Source: Raillietiella orientalis (taxonomy: Eukaryota). From it: a stretch of DNA of 64,000 nt. A program made the translations under genes and the position numbers. The stretch is taken from positions 62,001-126,000 of the forward strand of contig JAYWIR010000071.1 in the NCBI GenBank assembly GCA_036172245.1. The letters are read 5' to 3'. The notes beneath the pieces are model-generated. The model was not told where the DNA came from, did no database searches, and saw only the letters and a list, made by a program, of their open reading frames with translations. The number at the start of each line of letters is the position of its first letter. Position 1 is the stretch's first letter. Positions 1 through 11,612 of the stretch are shown piece after piece.

Positions 1-366
1 GAAAGAATGCACTCCTAAGATGGATTGTTTTGTTTTAGTCGTTTTGTTCCATTTTTTTGCCAAGGATTTTGTGACTTGGAAACCTTTCTGTGTCTGTAGA
101 ATTAGGCAGATTACGATAACCAAAATCTGTGCGAACTGAAATTCAGTTGAACACAGAATCTTGACGTGGGTAAATGATTGCTATTAAGGAATATTTGAAC
201 CAGCAAAATAGTAATTTTGCTGGTTTAACGTTTTATAGCTCCATGATTGTTTCAGTGCATTTTGATAAGATCATTATAAAAAGAAATAAAATCTCAAACA
301 AGTAAGACTGAATTACACGAGGATTTGTGAAAGTGAGAAATCCTCTTTTAATGTGGGTACTCAGTT

Positions 367-410
367 CTTCCAACTCAGCAAGGACTCAGAATTCCTTGCT
401 GAGTTGGAAG
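367..410. repeat. Perfect palindrome, 18-bp arms, 8-nt loop
   Basis: CTTCCAACTCAGCAAGGA-CTCAGAAT-TCCTTGCTGAGTTGGAAG. Confidence 0.95.
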
Positions 411-705
411 TAGAGTTAGGAGAAGTATGTAAAGGGTAAAAACAAAAAGATAAGAGGGTAAAGAGGGTAACTGACATGCCTAATGAACTCTGTATAGACT
501 GGGTACTACTGTGGTTTGTGATAAAAAGGTACAACAAGTAAATTCTGGTATTTGTAATTTACTTTTGGCATTCTGGTATTCATGTTAAGTTAATGTATAA
601 TCCAGCAGGTTTTGGATATTAGAGTGACTGCCTGTGTTTGAAGATGCCAATGCAAAGAAAATGCTGAGAAATTCCAATATGGAATTGTTGATGAACTGAA
701 GAATT

Positions 706-758
706 TTCAATTTCCACACTGAAGATGTGGCAACCACATCTTCAGTGTGGAAATTGAA
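706..758. repeat. Perfect palindrome, 25-bp arms, 3-nt loop
   Basis: TTCAATTTCCACACTGAAGATGTGG-CAA-CCACATCTTCAGTGTGGAAATTGAA. Confidence 0.95.
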
Positions 759-2517
759 TGTGGTTTCTTATTGAAATTGATAACACTGAAGTTCGTCTAT
801 GGCTTGTGATTTTGATGCTTTCTTTGATGATGGCATAGCTCTTATTGTGTTTCCACTGCTCTCTGGATAGTTTGGAAACAGGACAGTAGTACATAGTTTT
901 TCATGATTGTTTCTCAGCATGAGCATTTTATTCAGCACTATAGTTTGGAGTGGAATTTGATGCATTGAGGAAACAAGTGCACTGTGAGATTGTTGCACAA
1001 AAAAATTCCAAATTGCAAGTTTTCGATTGATTCCTGGTAATTGTTTAAATTATTGTCATGACAATTATGATGGTAGAAGGACTGCACTGACTGAATGTGG
1101 AAGCAAAATCAAAGTCTTTTGGTCTTAGAGTGCACCGCTTTTAAGATGATGTGTTGTATCTATCCTGATTTACTATCTTTTCTTTTTGGTGTTTATGACA
1201 TAGTTTGCGCTCTCAAAGTTGAGCATACGTTTATTTCCATGCACCAAAGCCAATATTGTTTTCTGTTTGCTAATCAGTGTGCTTCTGATCATAAGTTGGA
1301 AAGCTGTTGCTTAGTCATCCTACTGAACTGCAGATTCTATTGAGTCTTTGTTAGTATGCTGCTTCTAGTAAAATAATATAAGCCTTACAGATCAACGGGG
1401 TCATTACATGGCTTTCTTCAAGTTGTATGGAATTAGAAAACAAAGGAAAACTTGATACTGTAACACCTAATAAAGCAAACATTTCAATGGACTTATTCTT
1501 TGGAGGATATCTGGTTCCATGGTTATTGTGTGTGTGTGAAGGAACTTGTAACAGTGTTTCAGCCTGGTTTGACTTGCTGCTTTGCCTTTTTAAATGAGAT
1601 TTACACATTGTTGTTGTATATTAACTTGCTAGTGCTTCCACCATCAAATTTCTTCACATTCCAGCTTCTCAGAAGCTCTTTGATGCACTTACATTGTGGA
1701 ACAACTGGTGGCCACAGCAAGTAGCATGAAATGGACACTCCCGTTTGTGTGTTTTTTCCTTACACTGGTGGTTTGTCCTGTAACCAGTTTGTAGCATTTA
1801 TTACAATCACAAGCCAGTGGTACAACAAGATATTTTTGGAGGAAGGGAATGATGGGTTCCAAACCAACTTGACAGTAATGGCATTCATTTATTGTGCAGG
1901 CTAATTGTGATGGGATGCACAGGGGTGATGTACTGGTAAGGAAACGTTTGTGGGAGACAACCATGCATCAAAAGAGTTGTCTCATCAATGCTTCTCCGCA
2001 TTGAAATATCAACTTGGCAAAGAAAATTCTGTGGTAGCGGAAAACTGTTATGTATTTTGCTATGGATGCTCAGTTGCCATCGTTTGATAGTCGTTACCTT
2101 GGTTCGGAATGGTCCGTTCTTGGTTTTTGCAGGGAGAATCACTTTTTCGTTAAGTTCATTTAAGATGTCAATGATCCACAAAAGATGGGTCGTGTTCGAA
2201 AACCTCGAGAATGTTCTGATTCTATACCCCTGAATTTCCACAGTATGAATTATTGGCAGTTTTCTGGGAAACTCCTAACATATGCGTGATCATTCTGCTC
2301 ATTCAGAAAGTGCTAATTCAAACATTTAGTGCATCTTTGTATTGTATAAAGGAACTGGGCCTCTTTGAATTTGTGTTCTTTGCGAGTTTGTTGTAAGGTA
2401 TTTTTTAAGCACTTAGAATCCATGCATCGTGATGCAATAAGTACAGATTGTGAGGTTAGGTGCGACGTGAACAGTACCTTTTTTTTTTTTTTTTTTTATC
2501 AGATTCATCGTCCGTGA

Positions 2518-3974
2518 CAGTGATGGCGAACCTTTTTATTTGTGCGTGCCAATAATTTACAAATAATGTTTATCGAGATGCTAAGGTCATGGGGTTTGGA
2601 AAAAAAGGAAAGTTGCTCATAGCAGGATTTTAATAAAATAATTTGAAAGTTAAGGTAAAGTGATTCAAAGTAGCATAAAAAAATTCATGTATTCGGAACT
2701 TGATATATTTGAAAAATTAATGGAATTTTCGTTGTATTTTTGATGCTCAATGTTTTGCATCGGTTTCATATTTAGGGCATTGAAGTGTAGCATTTAATTG
2801 ATTTGAATTTTAGCACGAATTATTAAAAAAACATTAGTATTGGAAGCTACTCGATGTCCAGTAACTGATTGTATTTGTGAATGATGTTTTTCATAATGTA
2901 AAAAGTCCAACCTCATGTAAGCACTCAACAAATCTTGGGAGGACCTTTCGACCACTTAACCATCGGACCTTGTTGTGCATAAGCAAGCCATTGTCCACTG
3001 CATGTATTTCATTGAATGATTCTAAAACTTTTCGTTTCTTTAAAGCGCGTGCAGGTATAAAAATTAACCCGTTTTGTTAGAAGGCTCATAATATCATCCA
3101 CTGGCTTGAGACTTGGCTTTGCGCGTAAAACCTGCTGCTGTTTAAACTGCAATGCAGTTTAGACCCAGAATTGAATGCCCAATGTGTTTGGTGAAAATTA
3201 ACAAAGCCATTTTCCTCCTTATTCGTGCTTCGAACGCCATCAGTCATTACTGATACAGTTTTAGAATGACATGTTTCTCTTTCATTAAGTGCGTGTGCAA
3301 TCGTATTGCAATTTTGTATTCCTCTCGTTTTTGCTGCTAATGATTTTATGTCCATGAACCCTTGAAGTTCTTAGTAGAATGTGACATGTAAATTGCTAAA
3401 CAAGAGGATCCAGTGATGTCTGCACTTTTATCAAGACTAAGAGAGATTTAGGCGGAAGACTTTCATTTGAATCTTCTGCCTATACGTCGAATTTTAAGCC
3501 ATTTCCAATATTCCGTTTTTTATGTTGTTTGTGGCCAATGGCATATGTTTTATTCTTGGAATGATGTTCCTCTTGTTCTCCAAATCTTCAGAGAACTGGT
3601 ATACAATTTAAGCATGCTCCTTTATACATTCACCATTATTAAAAGGTTTTCCGTGTTTGGCAATTACATGCGAGTCAAAAACATTAGCGGCAGTTATATC
3701 GGAAATCGTTCCTGGAACGATTTCCGATAAAGTCCATCAGGGCATTTGATTGAATGTTTCCGTTTTCAATTGCCTGAGCAATGAATCTTTTGTGGTCGTC
3801 TTTTCTCAAGGGGCGATTTATGTTTCCTCTCATAATGGTGACGTCCTACATACAACTAACTGTTCCTGAAAATACAACACACAGCTTTATGATCTTCGTG
3901 AAGCGTGCCATAATGTTTAGTCCACCAGGTTTGGGAATGTCAGTTGCTGGATTCAGATGGGTTTTGTTTTCCAT
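2518..3974 (-). mobile_element. Decayed hAT (Charlie/SPIN-like) DNA transposon
   Basis: Frameshifted transposase motifs WTKHYG..KAVC, IAKHGKPFNNGECIKE, SLSLDKSADI, VSVMTDG and HNKVRWLSGRKVLPRFVECL; hAT-type terminus CAGTGATGGCGAACCT at 2518. The second TIR was not found. Confidence 0.85.
3697..3729. repeat. Perfect palindrome, 16-bp arms, 1-nt centre, inside the hAT remnant
   Basis: TATCGGAAATCGTTCC-T-GGAACGATTTCCGATA. Confidence 0.95.
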
Positions 3975-5420
3975 TTTGGCTAGTCAAATCGAAATAGTGA
4001 AGGAGATGATTCATCGGTGGAGAGGAAGTTTTGGATAAGTGTTGTGGCATGGGTCTTTCACCCGGGTGAGCCGGAGCTTTTATTATTAAAATTTTTGACA
4101 TCGACAGAAATTTCATAGCAAAGTCTTTTTTGTTAAGTCTTTTAGGTCAGCACTGTAATTGTTTCTGTATTTTGGCATGGGTGCGACTGGAGGGACGGGA
4201 TTTTTGAGTGATGAGTTGATTGTTTCAGATGGAGGAATGGGTGGTCCTTTCCTCGGTGGAAACGTTCTGCTTTCACGACCCTTGGTTTTTCGATCCGACT
4301 TGGGCGGGCGGCTGTAATCGTAGGAAGTTATCACTGCTTGTTTGCATTGTAACTGCAGCTCTGAGAATGAGTCTGGTAGCTGCTGGTGTTGAACCGCTTT
4401 TGAAAAAGTTAAAAACGGGGAAACGTACCTCTCCAATTCGCTTCTCGTGCATTCAGTTCGTATGTCCTTTCGGAGGCTTGTGGAAGAGTAGACACTCAGA
4501 TAATCTGGCATCTTGCCAGATTATCTTTGTCCGCATGGAAACCCATGGAGTCGTACCCTTTAGAATTTTCGCTTCTTCATTTTTTTATCCAGATGTTGCT
4601 GCGTAAACCGATGTAGCTCTAAAGACACGTGATATCCAGAATCGCAAATTACTTTTCTTTGGAATGCACTTCTGTAAAGGTACATTTGTCTGAGGTGCGA
4701 TACCGAACAAGATACGTGAGCAGCGTATTGATGCGAAGCATCCCCACTTCCAGCAGCACCAAGGGAGCTCTTTGATTTCCGTTCTTCCCTTCACTGATAA
4801 ATGCTTACGTGCAGAATGAATCAGTTCCCCCCTGAAAAGCAAAGTAACACAAATACATGAATGTTTGAGATGACGTCTCACCCACAGGCACATTTCTATT
4901 CGGTGAAGACAATGGAAATTTAGTTAATGATGGGCTCGTTAAGAATCAGACAGACCTGGGACTTCATGTCGTGTTCTCGTCACCACGAATACGGTTCGTC
5001 ACCCATCATAGAGTAGACGTTGGAATTATCTCCTGAAGCACATATCTTCAAGTAGTGTTGCTCACCGTTGCGAAGGCAAGTCACGCATATGGCATGGAAG
5101 TGCTACGTGAATAGCAAGCATGCGAGAGGTCGAGCTTTCAAAGGGTAGCAAGCAAACGCCAATTAGGGAAATGCGAAAACATTTCCCCAAAGACGTCTGC
5201 GCAACTGCCATCGCCTACGTGGTACCTTTTAGCATGAGTCAAGCACAAATACGAAATGCGATCCTTTACCACGTTGGGACCTACAGGTGCGTCAGCGAAA
5301 AGGTGTCGTTAGCGGCTGCGTACTAACGACTGCAATTTCCCTATACAGTTGTCTGGCCTTCGCCTTCTTATCTCTTGCTGCTGAGTCATGATCTCTGTGA
5401 GATCTTAACCTAAGTGGTAA

Positions 5421-7877
5421 CCGTCGATACGCCGTTCTTCCCCTGGCGTCCCGGGAATACCTAATCTCGTCCAGGATGTTCAAGTCACCCACGACGATGA
5501 TGATGTCCTTCGGTGGCACTCGTTTGCGGAGTTCTTCTTGCAGTTTCTCCGCGCACCGATGCTTGATCTTGTGCGGTCCGTAAACGTTCACCAGGAAGAG
5601 GTGAACGTTACTGGACCAGGACAGTCGCACGCCGATTCTCTGCCAGTTACCGGACAGATGGTTTCCAGAATGGTGTGGGCTAGCTCGTTCTTGATGAGAC
5701 TCGCCACATCCATGGTACTCTTCTGTTCTTCGCTGGCGAACAGTTGTTCGTTTAAACGGCGTTCTATCTCCAGGGTGATCTGATGCCCGATACGGTGGGC
5801 TTCTGAAATGGAAAGCATATCTTGTCTTGCGATGGTCCGGATGCCACTTTTGCTCTTGCCTTCGTTAGTAGGGCCATTGAGGTTCCAGGAGGCGATGTTA
5901 ATTCACCTGACGGTGGACAGCCACGAGGCCTAAAACGGGTTTATTTACTTGTTTTTCTTGCTTTTCTTAGCATCTGCTGGGGAGACCTTTGCTGTTTCCC
6001 TGCAGAAGAAGCGGGTTTCTCACTACCGGCATCGCTCTCGGTGCCGGTGTGGTCGGTGGACTCGGGATCTTCTCCGGAGCGTTCCGCCTTGGCGATCACC
6101 TTGCGCGGGAGGGTCTCCAGGGAGACCGTCGCGCAGTAGGCCGCCTTGACGTCTGAGAGCTGGGCCTCCATCTTCTCTCGCTCCGGCTCCACAACCATAC
6201 GGTTGACTTCGTCTTGAGCCACGGAGATGCGGGTCAGGAGTTGCTCCTGTTGCGCCTCTGTCTGGCCTTGACGAACCTCCTCCGCCAGTTTGACCACCTC
6301 CTCGATGAGTTGAAGGGCCTCCTGCGACTCCGGGGTGGGTTCCGGCATCTTCACCACTTCCTCTGCTACCTCCATCGTCTCGCCTTCCACTGCTGCAACC
6401 TCACGAGTTGGGGGGGTTTGTTTCTCCCTTACGAGCATCTTCCTCTTCCCCTTTTTCCCTATCTCGACGAGCCCGTCCGCCGAGACCGGAGCGGCCTCCC
6501 TCACCTTCTTTTGTTTTGCTAGCTGAGGTTTAATCACCTCAGCTAGCACTCTTTCCCTCACGTGGGATTCTCCACGTATTGTCCGGTAGTTAGCAAACTC
6601 CGGACAACTGCATTTCGCATGCCCGGGTTGTTTGCAGAAAGAGCAAACTTAGGGCATGGTACAATTTCGGACCACGTGGCCCATCTTTCCGCACCGGAAA
6701 CAGCGCGACCTAGGGCACGCGCCCATCCGGTGGCCAAAGTTTTTGCAGCCGGTGCAAAAGATCGGCTGCTGCCTGTATCGAATTGAGACGTCCTGCGACG
6801 CCTCGTCGATGTGGACGTTTCCGGGGATTTGCGCCCCCTCCTTTAATTCTATCTTGGCGATCAGCTCGCCCGAGAAGGTGCTTCCGGAGATGTTCTGGGT
6901 TTTCATCTCCAGAACTTCTCCGTATTGGGACAGGAAGTCCCACACCGTTTGCCTCTCGGTGAGGATGCCAAGACCATTCACGAAGACGGTCGTGTAATTC
7001 ATCTCGCCGATGCCTTGCACCATCTTCCCCTGGATATTGATGCCCTTTTCGATAAGGGCCTCCCGCAGCTCCTCCCAGTCGGTGTAGAGGATGAATCCCG
7101 CTGAGTTCGGGATTATCGCCTGCAGCCGGTCAAAATCTACGTTCGTCTTATAGAGGGCGCAGTACACCTCCCTCACATTGTTGAACCGCATCAGTACGGT
7201 TTTTAAAATTATCGGCTTGGACGCTGGGCTGAGTCGAACCATCGGCTCCTTCGTTCGAGTGATGATTTCACTCGCCGGTTTGCCGAATGCTCTGTTTGGT
7301 TGGGCAGAGGCCTGCCCCGCCGTCACCGCCGCATAGGAAAACGGCGGCTTTACCGCCGTCGCCGAGCAAGATGGTGTCGCACCTTGCACTGTGTGCGCCG
7401 CGTGGACGCCCGCGGCTCCCGCCTGGGACGCCGCCGTCGCCGCTGCGGGCGCAACCCTCGTCGTCGCCGTCGCCGATGTCGCCGTAGGCGGGACCTTCGG
7501 CATCGCCGCCGCCGGCACGACCTTCCCCGCCGCGGGCGCGATCCTCGGCGTCGCCGCCGCGGGCACGACCTCCATCGCCGTCGCCGCGGGCACGACCCTC
7601 GGCATCGCCGCCGCCGGCGCAGCAAAGCCTGCCGCGGGCGCGACCCTCGGCGTCGCCGCTGCCTCCTCGCCACTGCCGCATATTACCTCCATGTGTTCTT
7701 CCATGGGGGTCGACGGCTGCTCCACTTCCTGACGGTGCCTCCTTGCGGCTGCCGTTGCTGCCGCACTTCCTGTTTGGAGGACTTCCACCTCGGGTCCTTC
7801 GGCGCTGCGGCTGCTTCTGCTGTCGGGTATTTCCGTCGGTGGCACAGTCACTTCCACACTATGTTTCACTAGGCACT
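5421..7877 (-). mobile_element. E6: Tx1-like element, family A-related, decayed and 3'-truncated within the APE domain
   Basis: ORF1 has a nonsense codon at 6649-6651. The ORF2 ATG is lost near 5931, with a TGA and frameshifts after it. Homology to E4 stops at ~5421 (AYRR). Confidence 0.88.
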
Positions 7878-7988
7878 TGCCCTCTCGGGGCACGCAAAAA
7901 TTGCCGCGGCAGTGGTTTTACGCACTGCCTTGGCGGGGTATTGGGTAAAGTTTTCAACTAGCAATAATCGCGGCTCAGTCGCCTTCCT
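7878..7988 (-). ncRNA. U4: 5'-truncated U4 snRNA copy (nt 30-140) between E5 and E6
   Basis: 111 nt matching U4 nt 30-140. Confidence 0.93.
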
Positions 7989-8079
7989 TTCCCCAGTCCG
8001 GCGTGCGGTGGGGTATATTTATTTTAAACAATAACAAAAGACACTTATTATAAATGCTGCGGCCCAATCGGGTGCATCT

Positions 8080-11000
8080 TCACACCGTCCCGGCCGCACA
8101 TTGCACTATCCTGAGGCAATGTTGGAAGGTCCACGAGGGGACTCTCCCGCATGCTCGAATGTTTATTTCCTTTTTCAAGAGTCCGCAAAGGACGTCCAGG
8201 GCACTGCACGATTCACCTAGGCCTAGCTTAAACCTTCGTATGAGAATACTTCTCATGAAGGAGGCCACGATCACTCTCACGGTGGGATTGTAGCGGGGTA
8301 CTCCGTCTTCGCCCTCGAAGAGTCCTCTCAGGATCTCGAGCGTCGACATTTCCTCCATCCTCACCGCCCTCCTCACGGTCTTCCAGTTTCTCGCGAGGGT
8401 GCGGCAGGTGTATATGTGAAGGTCATCCTCGATTGACCCACATCCTGGGCACCCGTCGTCGTCGGGATTTCCGGTCCAGTGCTGAAGCCTCGTGCCACAC
8501 AGTATGCCTCCGTGATAAAACATCAGCAGGCAGTCCTGTATGTCCGGTGGTAACGAGGATCTCCATAGGACCATCCCGATTGCCTGTGCGTGGACGCCGG
8601 GATTGCCTAACCTACACTTGATCTTCATCATCGCCTCGGACGGTGTTGTTTCCTGGAGACTAAGGAGGTTATTGTTCTGGAGGTTTACCCTGGACCATTG
8701 GGAGCCCTGATCTTTCCAGAGCTCCCGGGTTTTATGGGTTATCTTCCCCTCCAGCTGACGTTTGTATGCGAGGACTCGGCGGGCGTGTATAACTACGCTA
8801 TTCGCCAGTCGCTCCGTGTCTTCCATGGTGATCTTTCGGGTCTTCCTGATCCACTTTTCAGTGTCCCACGGTACGTTCATGAACAGGGGAATCACCTTGG
8901 TGACTTCCCTGTTCCAGACTTCTTTACTTCGGGGTACCACTCGCAGTTTCAAAGTCCATGTTAAACGCTGGATTCGAGGCCACGTAGGGTCCACTTGGTC
9001 CCAGCCGCCCGCGGTGAGCGTCACGGCTGACGTGAGGCCGTCGGTTCCGTGCACCATTCTTGCGAAGGCACGGTGGAACGCGAACGGCCACTCGTCCCAT
9101 GCGCTGACCATTCGGACCAGGTTTTTCAGGTCCTGGAGTTTCACGGCACTTGCGACTGTGCGCATGCCGGTTCCTCCTTCCGTCCGCGGGCGGCACAGGT
9201 ACCGCAATTTCGTCTTGGGTCGTTTCCCGCTCCAGACAAGGTTCCTCTGGATGGCGGCCAGGTGTTTTGCCGTCCTCGGGGGAAACGATGAAAAGGACGC
9301 TGCGAAGAGAAACTTCGGCGCCATCACCCCGTTCCACAGGTTCGCCTTGTCCTTCTGGGAGAAGGATCTTCCGGTGTATTGGCTGGCTTCTTCGCGCAGC
9401 TTGGCCAAGATGTTGGACCATTGCTGCGCCTCCAGGGCAGGTGTTTCTTCGCCGATGCGTATCCCCAGGTACTTCACGTTGTCCTCGATCTGGTAGCCGT
9501 GGGCGTGCAGGACGGTGACGTCCGGGATTCCCACGGCGAGCAGATGGGACTTGTTGGGGTTCACTCGGAGTCCGAGGCCGCACTCCATGGCCTGCACGAC
9601 GTCCAGGAATGACTCCTGGTCCTGCTCGTCGGTCATGACGAATACCAGGTCGTCTGCGTAGGCCAGGTGTGTGATCTTGGGTTCTTGTTCGCCGAGGTCG
9701 ATACCCTTCAGTTGGCTCTCGTGTTCAACGAAGGCACTGACTGCCTCCATGTACAGTACGAAGAGCATGGGACTCAGGGCATCTCCCTGTCGGACTCCTT
9801 TTTCCATCTTGATGCTAGTCGACGATAGCCCGTTGACGACTATCGAGAAGTTGGCCTCTTCCAAGGTATGAGCCACGTGCTGCACGAATCTCCCCTGGAA
9901 GCCAAGTTTTCCGAGGATTTTCAGCAGCATGGCGTGGTCCACCGAGTCGAAGGCCTTCTCGATGTCGGTGAAGCCCAGTACCAGGTCCATTCCTACGGTA
10001 CGGCTGTACCCTCGGAGGGCCTGGATACACTTCAGGTTATCCCACATGCGTCTGCCTGGCACGGCACACGTCTGTGTGGGGGAAACCGCGGACTTCATGC
10101 ATTGGCTCAGCCTGTTTGCCCAGATCTTCGCCATCCATTTCGCGTCCGAATTCAGTACGGATATGGGTCTCCACTGCGTGACGCTGTGGAGGTCCCCGCC
10201 GCTCTTGGGGAGCAGCCTCATCCTGCTTCGGTGAAAGGAGGCGGGCAGTCGATGTTCCTGGTCGATGCATTCCAGCAGCTGACGGAACAGGCGCAGGTAG
10301 TGCGTTACGTGCCTCTGATAGTGCGTTACGGGGACGCTATCCGGGCCCGCAGCCACATCCTTGCGCAATCCGTCGAAAGCCGCTTTGATCTCCTCGACTG
10401 TAAATTGCTTTTCCAGGTCGTTGATTTCTTTGGAGGTCAGGCGTTTCTTCACGCAACGGAGGATCCGCTCCTGACCTCCCGGGTCCAAAGTCGCTATCTT
10501 GAATAATTCGGTGTAGTGGTGTTGGAATGCTTCCAGCACTTGCTCCGAGGTCCTGTAGTCCTTATCCTGGTAACGGACATGGAATATGTCCGTTGCCAGG
10601 TTTCGCTTCTCCAGCCGTCCGATGTCCTTTTTCACGCTTTTCTCGAGGAAGCGACTCTGGTACTGTTCCCAGTACACGGAGTGGGAGGGATGGAATTCAC
10701 ACATCTCCCTGTACGCTTCCTCGCGGGGATCCCGATCGCCGTACTGCATGTTGGAGAAGAGGTGGATGGTGTGTTTCAGGGCATCCCAGTCGTCCACGCG
10801 CAGGATGTTGGTCGTGGCAAGGATGGTTTCCACGACGCGCTGGTACGGCGGAAAACGTTCGTACCATTCGGGCATGCAGATGAGTGCGGCCCGAGGTGGT
10901 GCGTTTTCCTTCCTGGGATTCCTGGATGTCATTCTCCATTTCAGCAGGGGATGGTCCGAGATTCCGGTACTCAGTTCCCGGATCCCCTGCATGCGGTTCG

Positions 11001-11592
11001 CCAGAGTTCCCGAGTGCAACACGTAGTCGATGTGCGTCGCGTTCGCTCCCGTGCACAGGAGGGACAGTTCCTCCATCATGCAGCGGTACACGTCGTACGC
11101 ACCCGACTCGTTGTGCCGACAGCCGTCCAGGCGGACGTTAAAGTCGCCTGCAATCACGACGACGTCTTTCGGGGTGATCTTGCTCTGGACTAGGCCTGCA
11201 AGACTTGTCGCGAAGGCTTTCTTGTTGAATAGTGGCCCGTACACGTTCACTACAAGTAGGTGAACGCTTCCGGACCACGCCATTCTCAATCCCACGACGC
11301 GGCCATTCCATCCGATGAAAACTTCCAGGACGGTAGGCGCAAGGGTCTGCTTGAGGAGAATGGCCACACCTTTGCGGTTAGTCGAGCCCTGGTTGACATG
11401 GACGTCGACTTGCAGTTCTCTTTCCAGTTCTTGGCATGCTTCGGGCGTCATGAAGTGGGTTTCCTGCAGGCAGCAGATTGCCTCCTGTCGTAAGAGCCAC
11501 TTCATATGTTTCCTGCTCATCGGGTTCGTGCATCCGTTGATGTTCCAGGATGCGAACCCGATTTTCCATGCTGACGATAGGTACTGGATCAT
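8080..11592 (-). CDS. E5 ORF2, APE-RT (1170 aa)
   Basis: SWNING, LQETH, GDFN, IDY, SDH; WRPISVLNSD, GVRQGD, YADD, YLG; CPGC...H...C. Confidence 0.95.
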   Translation of the reverse strand: MIQYLSSAWKIGFASWNINGCTNPMSRKHMKWLLRQEAICCLQETHFMTPEACQELERELQVDVHVNQGSTNRKGVAILLKQTLAPTVLEVFIGWNGRVVGLRMAWSGSVHLLVVNVYGPLFNKKAFATSLAGLVQSKITPKDVVVIAGDFNVRLDGCRHNESGAYDVYRCMMEELSLLCTGANATHIDYVLHSGTLANRMQGIRELSTGISDHPLLKWRMTSRNPRKENAPPRAALICMPEWYERFPPYQRVVETILATTNILRVDDWDALKHTIHLFSNMQYGDRDPREEAYREMCEFHPSHSVYWEQYQSRFLEKSVKKDIGRLEKRNLATDIFHVRYQDKDYRTSEQVLEAFQHHYTELFKIATLDPGGQERILRCVKKRLTSKEINDLEKQFTVEEIKAAFDGLRKDVAAGPDSVPVTHYQRHVTHYLRLFRQLLECIDQEHRLPASFHRSRMRLLPKSGGDLHSVTQWRPISVLNSDAKWMAKIWANRLSQCMKSAVSPTQTCAVPGRRMWDNLKCIQALRGYSRTVGMDLVLGFTDIEKAFDSVDHAMLLKILGKLGFQGRFVQHVAHTLEEANFSIVVNGLSSTSIKMEKGVRQGDALSPMLFVLYMEAVSAFVEHESQLKGIDLGEQEPKITHLAYADDLVFVMTDEQDQESFLDVVQAMECGLGLRVNPNKSHLLAVGIPDVTVLHAHGYQIEDNVKYLGIRIGEETPALEAQQWSNILAKLREEASQYTGRSFSQKDKANLWNGVMAPKFLFAASFSSFPPRTAKHLAAIQRNLVWSGKRPKTKLRYLCRPRTEGGTGMRTVASAVKLQDLKNLVRMVSAWDEWPFAFHRAFARMVHGTDGLTSAVTLTAGGWDQVDPTWPRIQRLTWTLKLRVVPRSKEVWNREVTKVIPLFMNVPWDTEKWIRKTRKITMEDTERLANSVVIHARRVLAYKRQLEGKITHKTRELWKDQGSQWSRVNLQNNNLLSLQETTPSEAMMKIKCRLGNPGVHAQAIGMVLWRSSLPPDIQDCLLMFYHGGILCGTRLQHWTGNPDDDGCPGCGSIEDDLHIYTCRTLARNWKTVRRAVRMEEMSTLEILRGLFEGEDGVPRYNPTVRVIVASFMRSILIRRFKLGLGESCSALDVLCGLLKKEINIRACGRVPSWTFQHCLRIVQCAAGTV

Positions 11593-11612
11593 CGACGGGC
11601 TGTGGAGACGGT

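Noticed and set aside
5150..5290. HVGDGS peptide on the minus strand resembling a mononegaviral L methyltransferase GxGxG motif
   Set aside because: Single short motif in a stop-interrupted frame; insufficient evidence.
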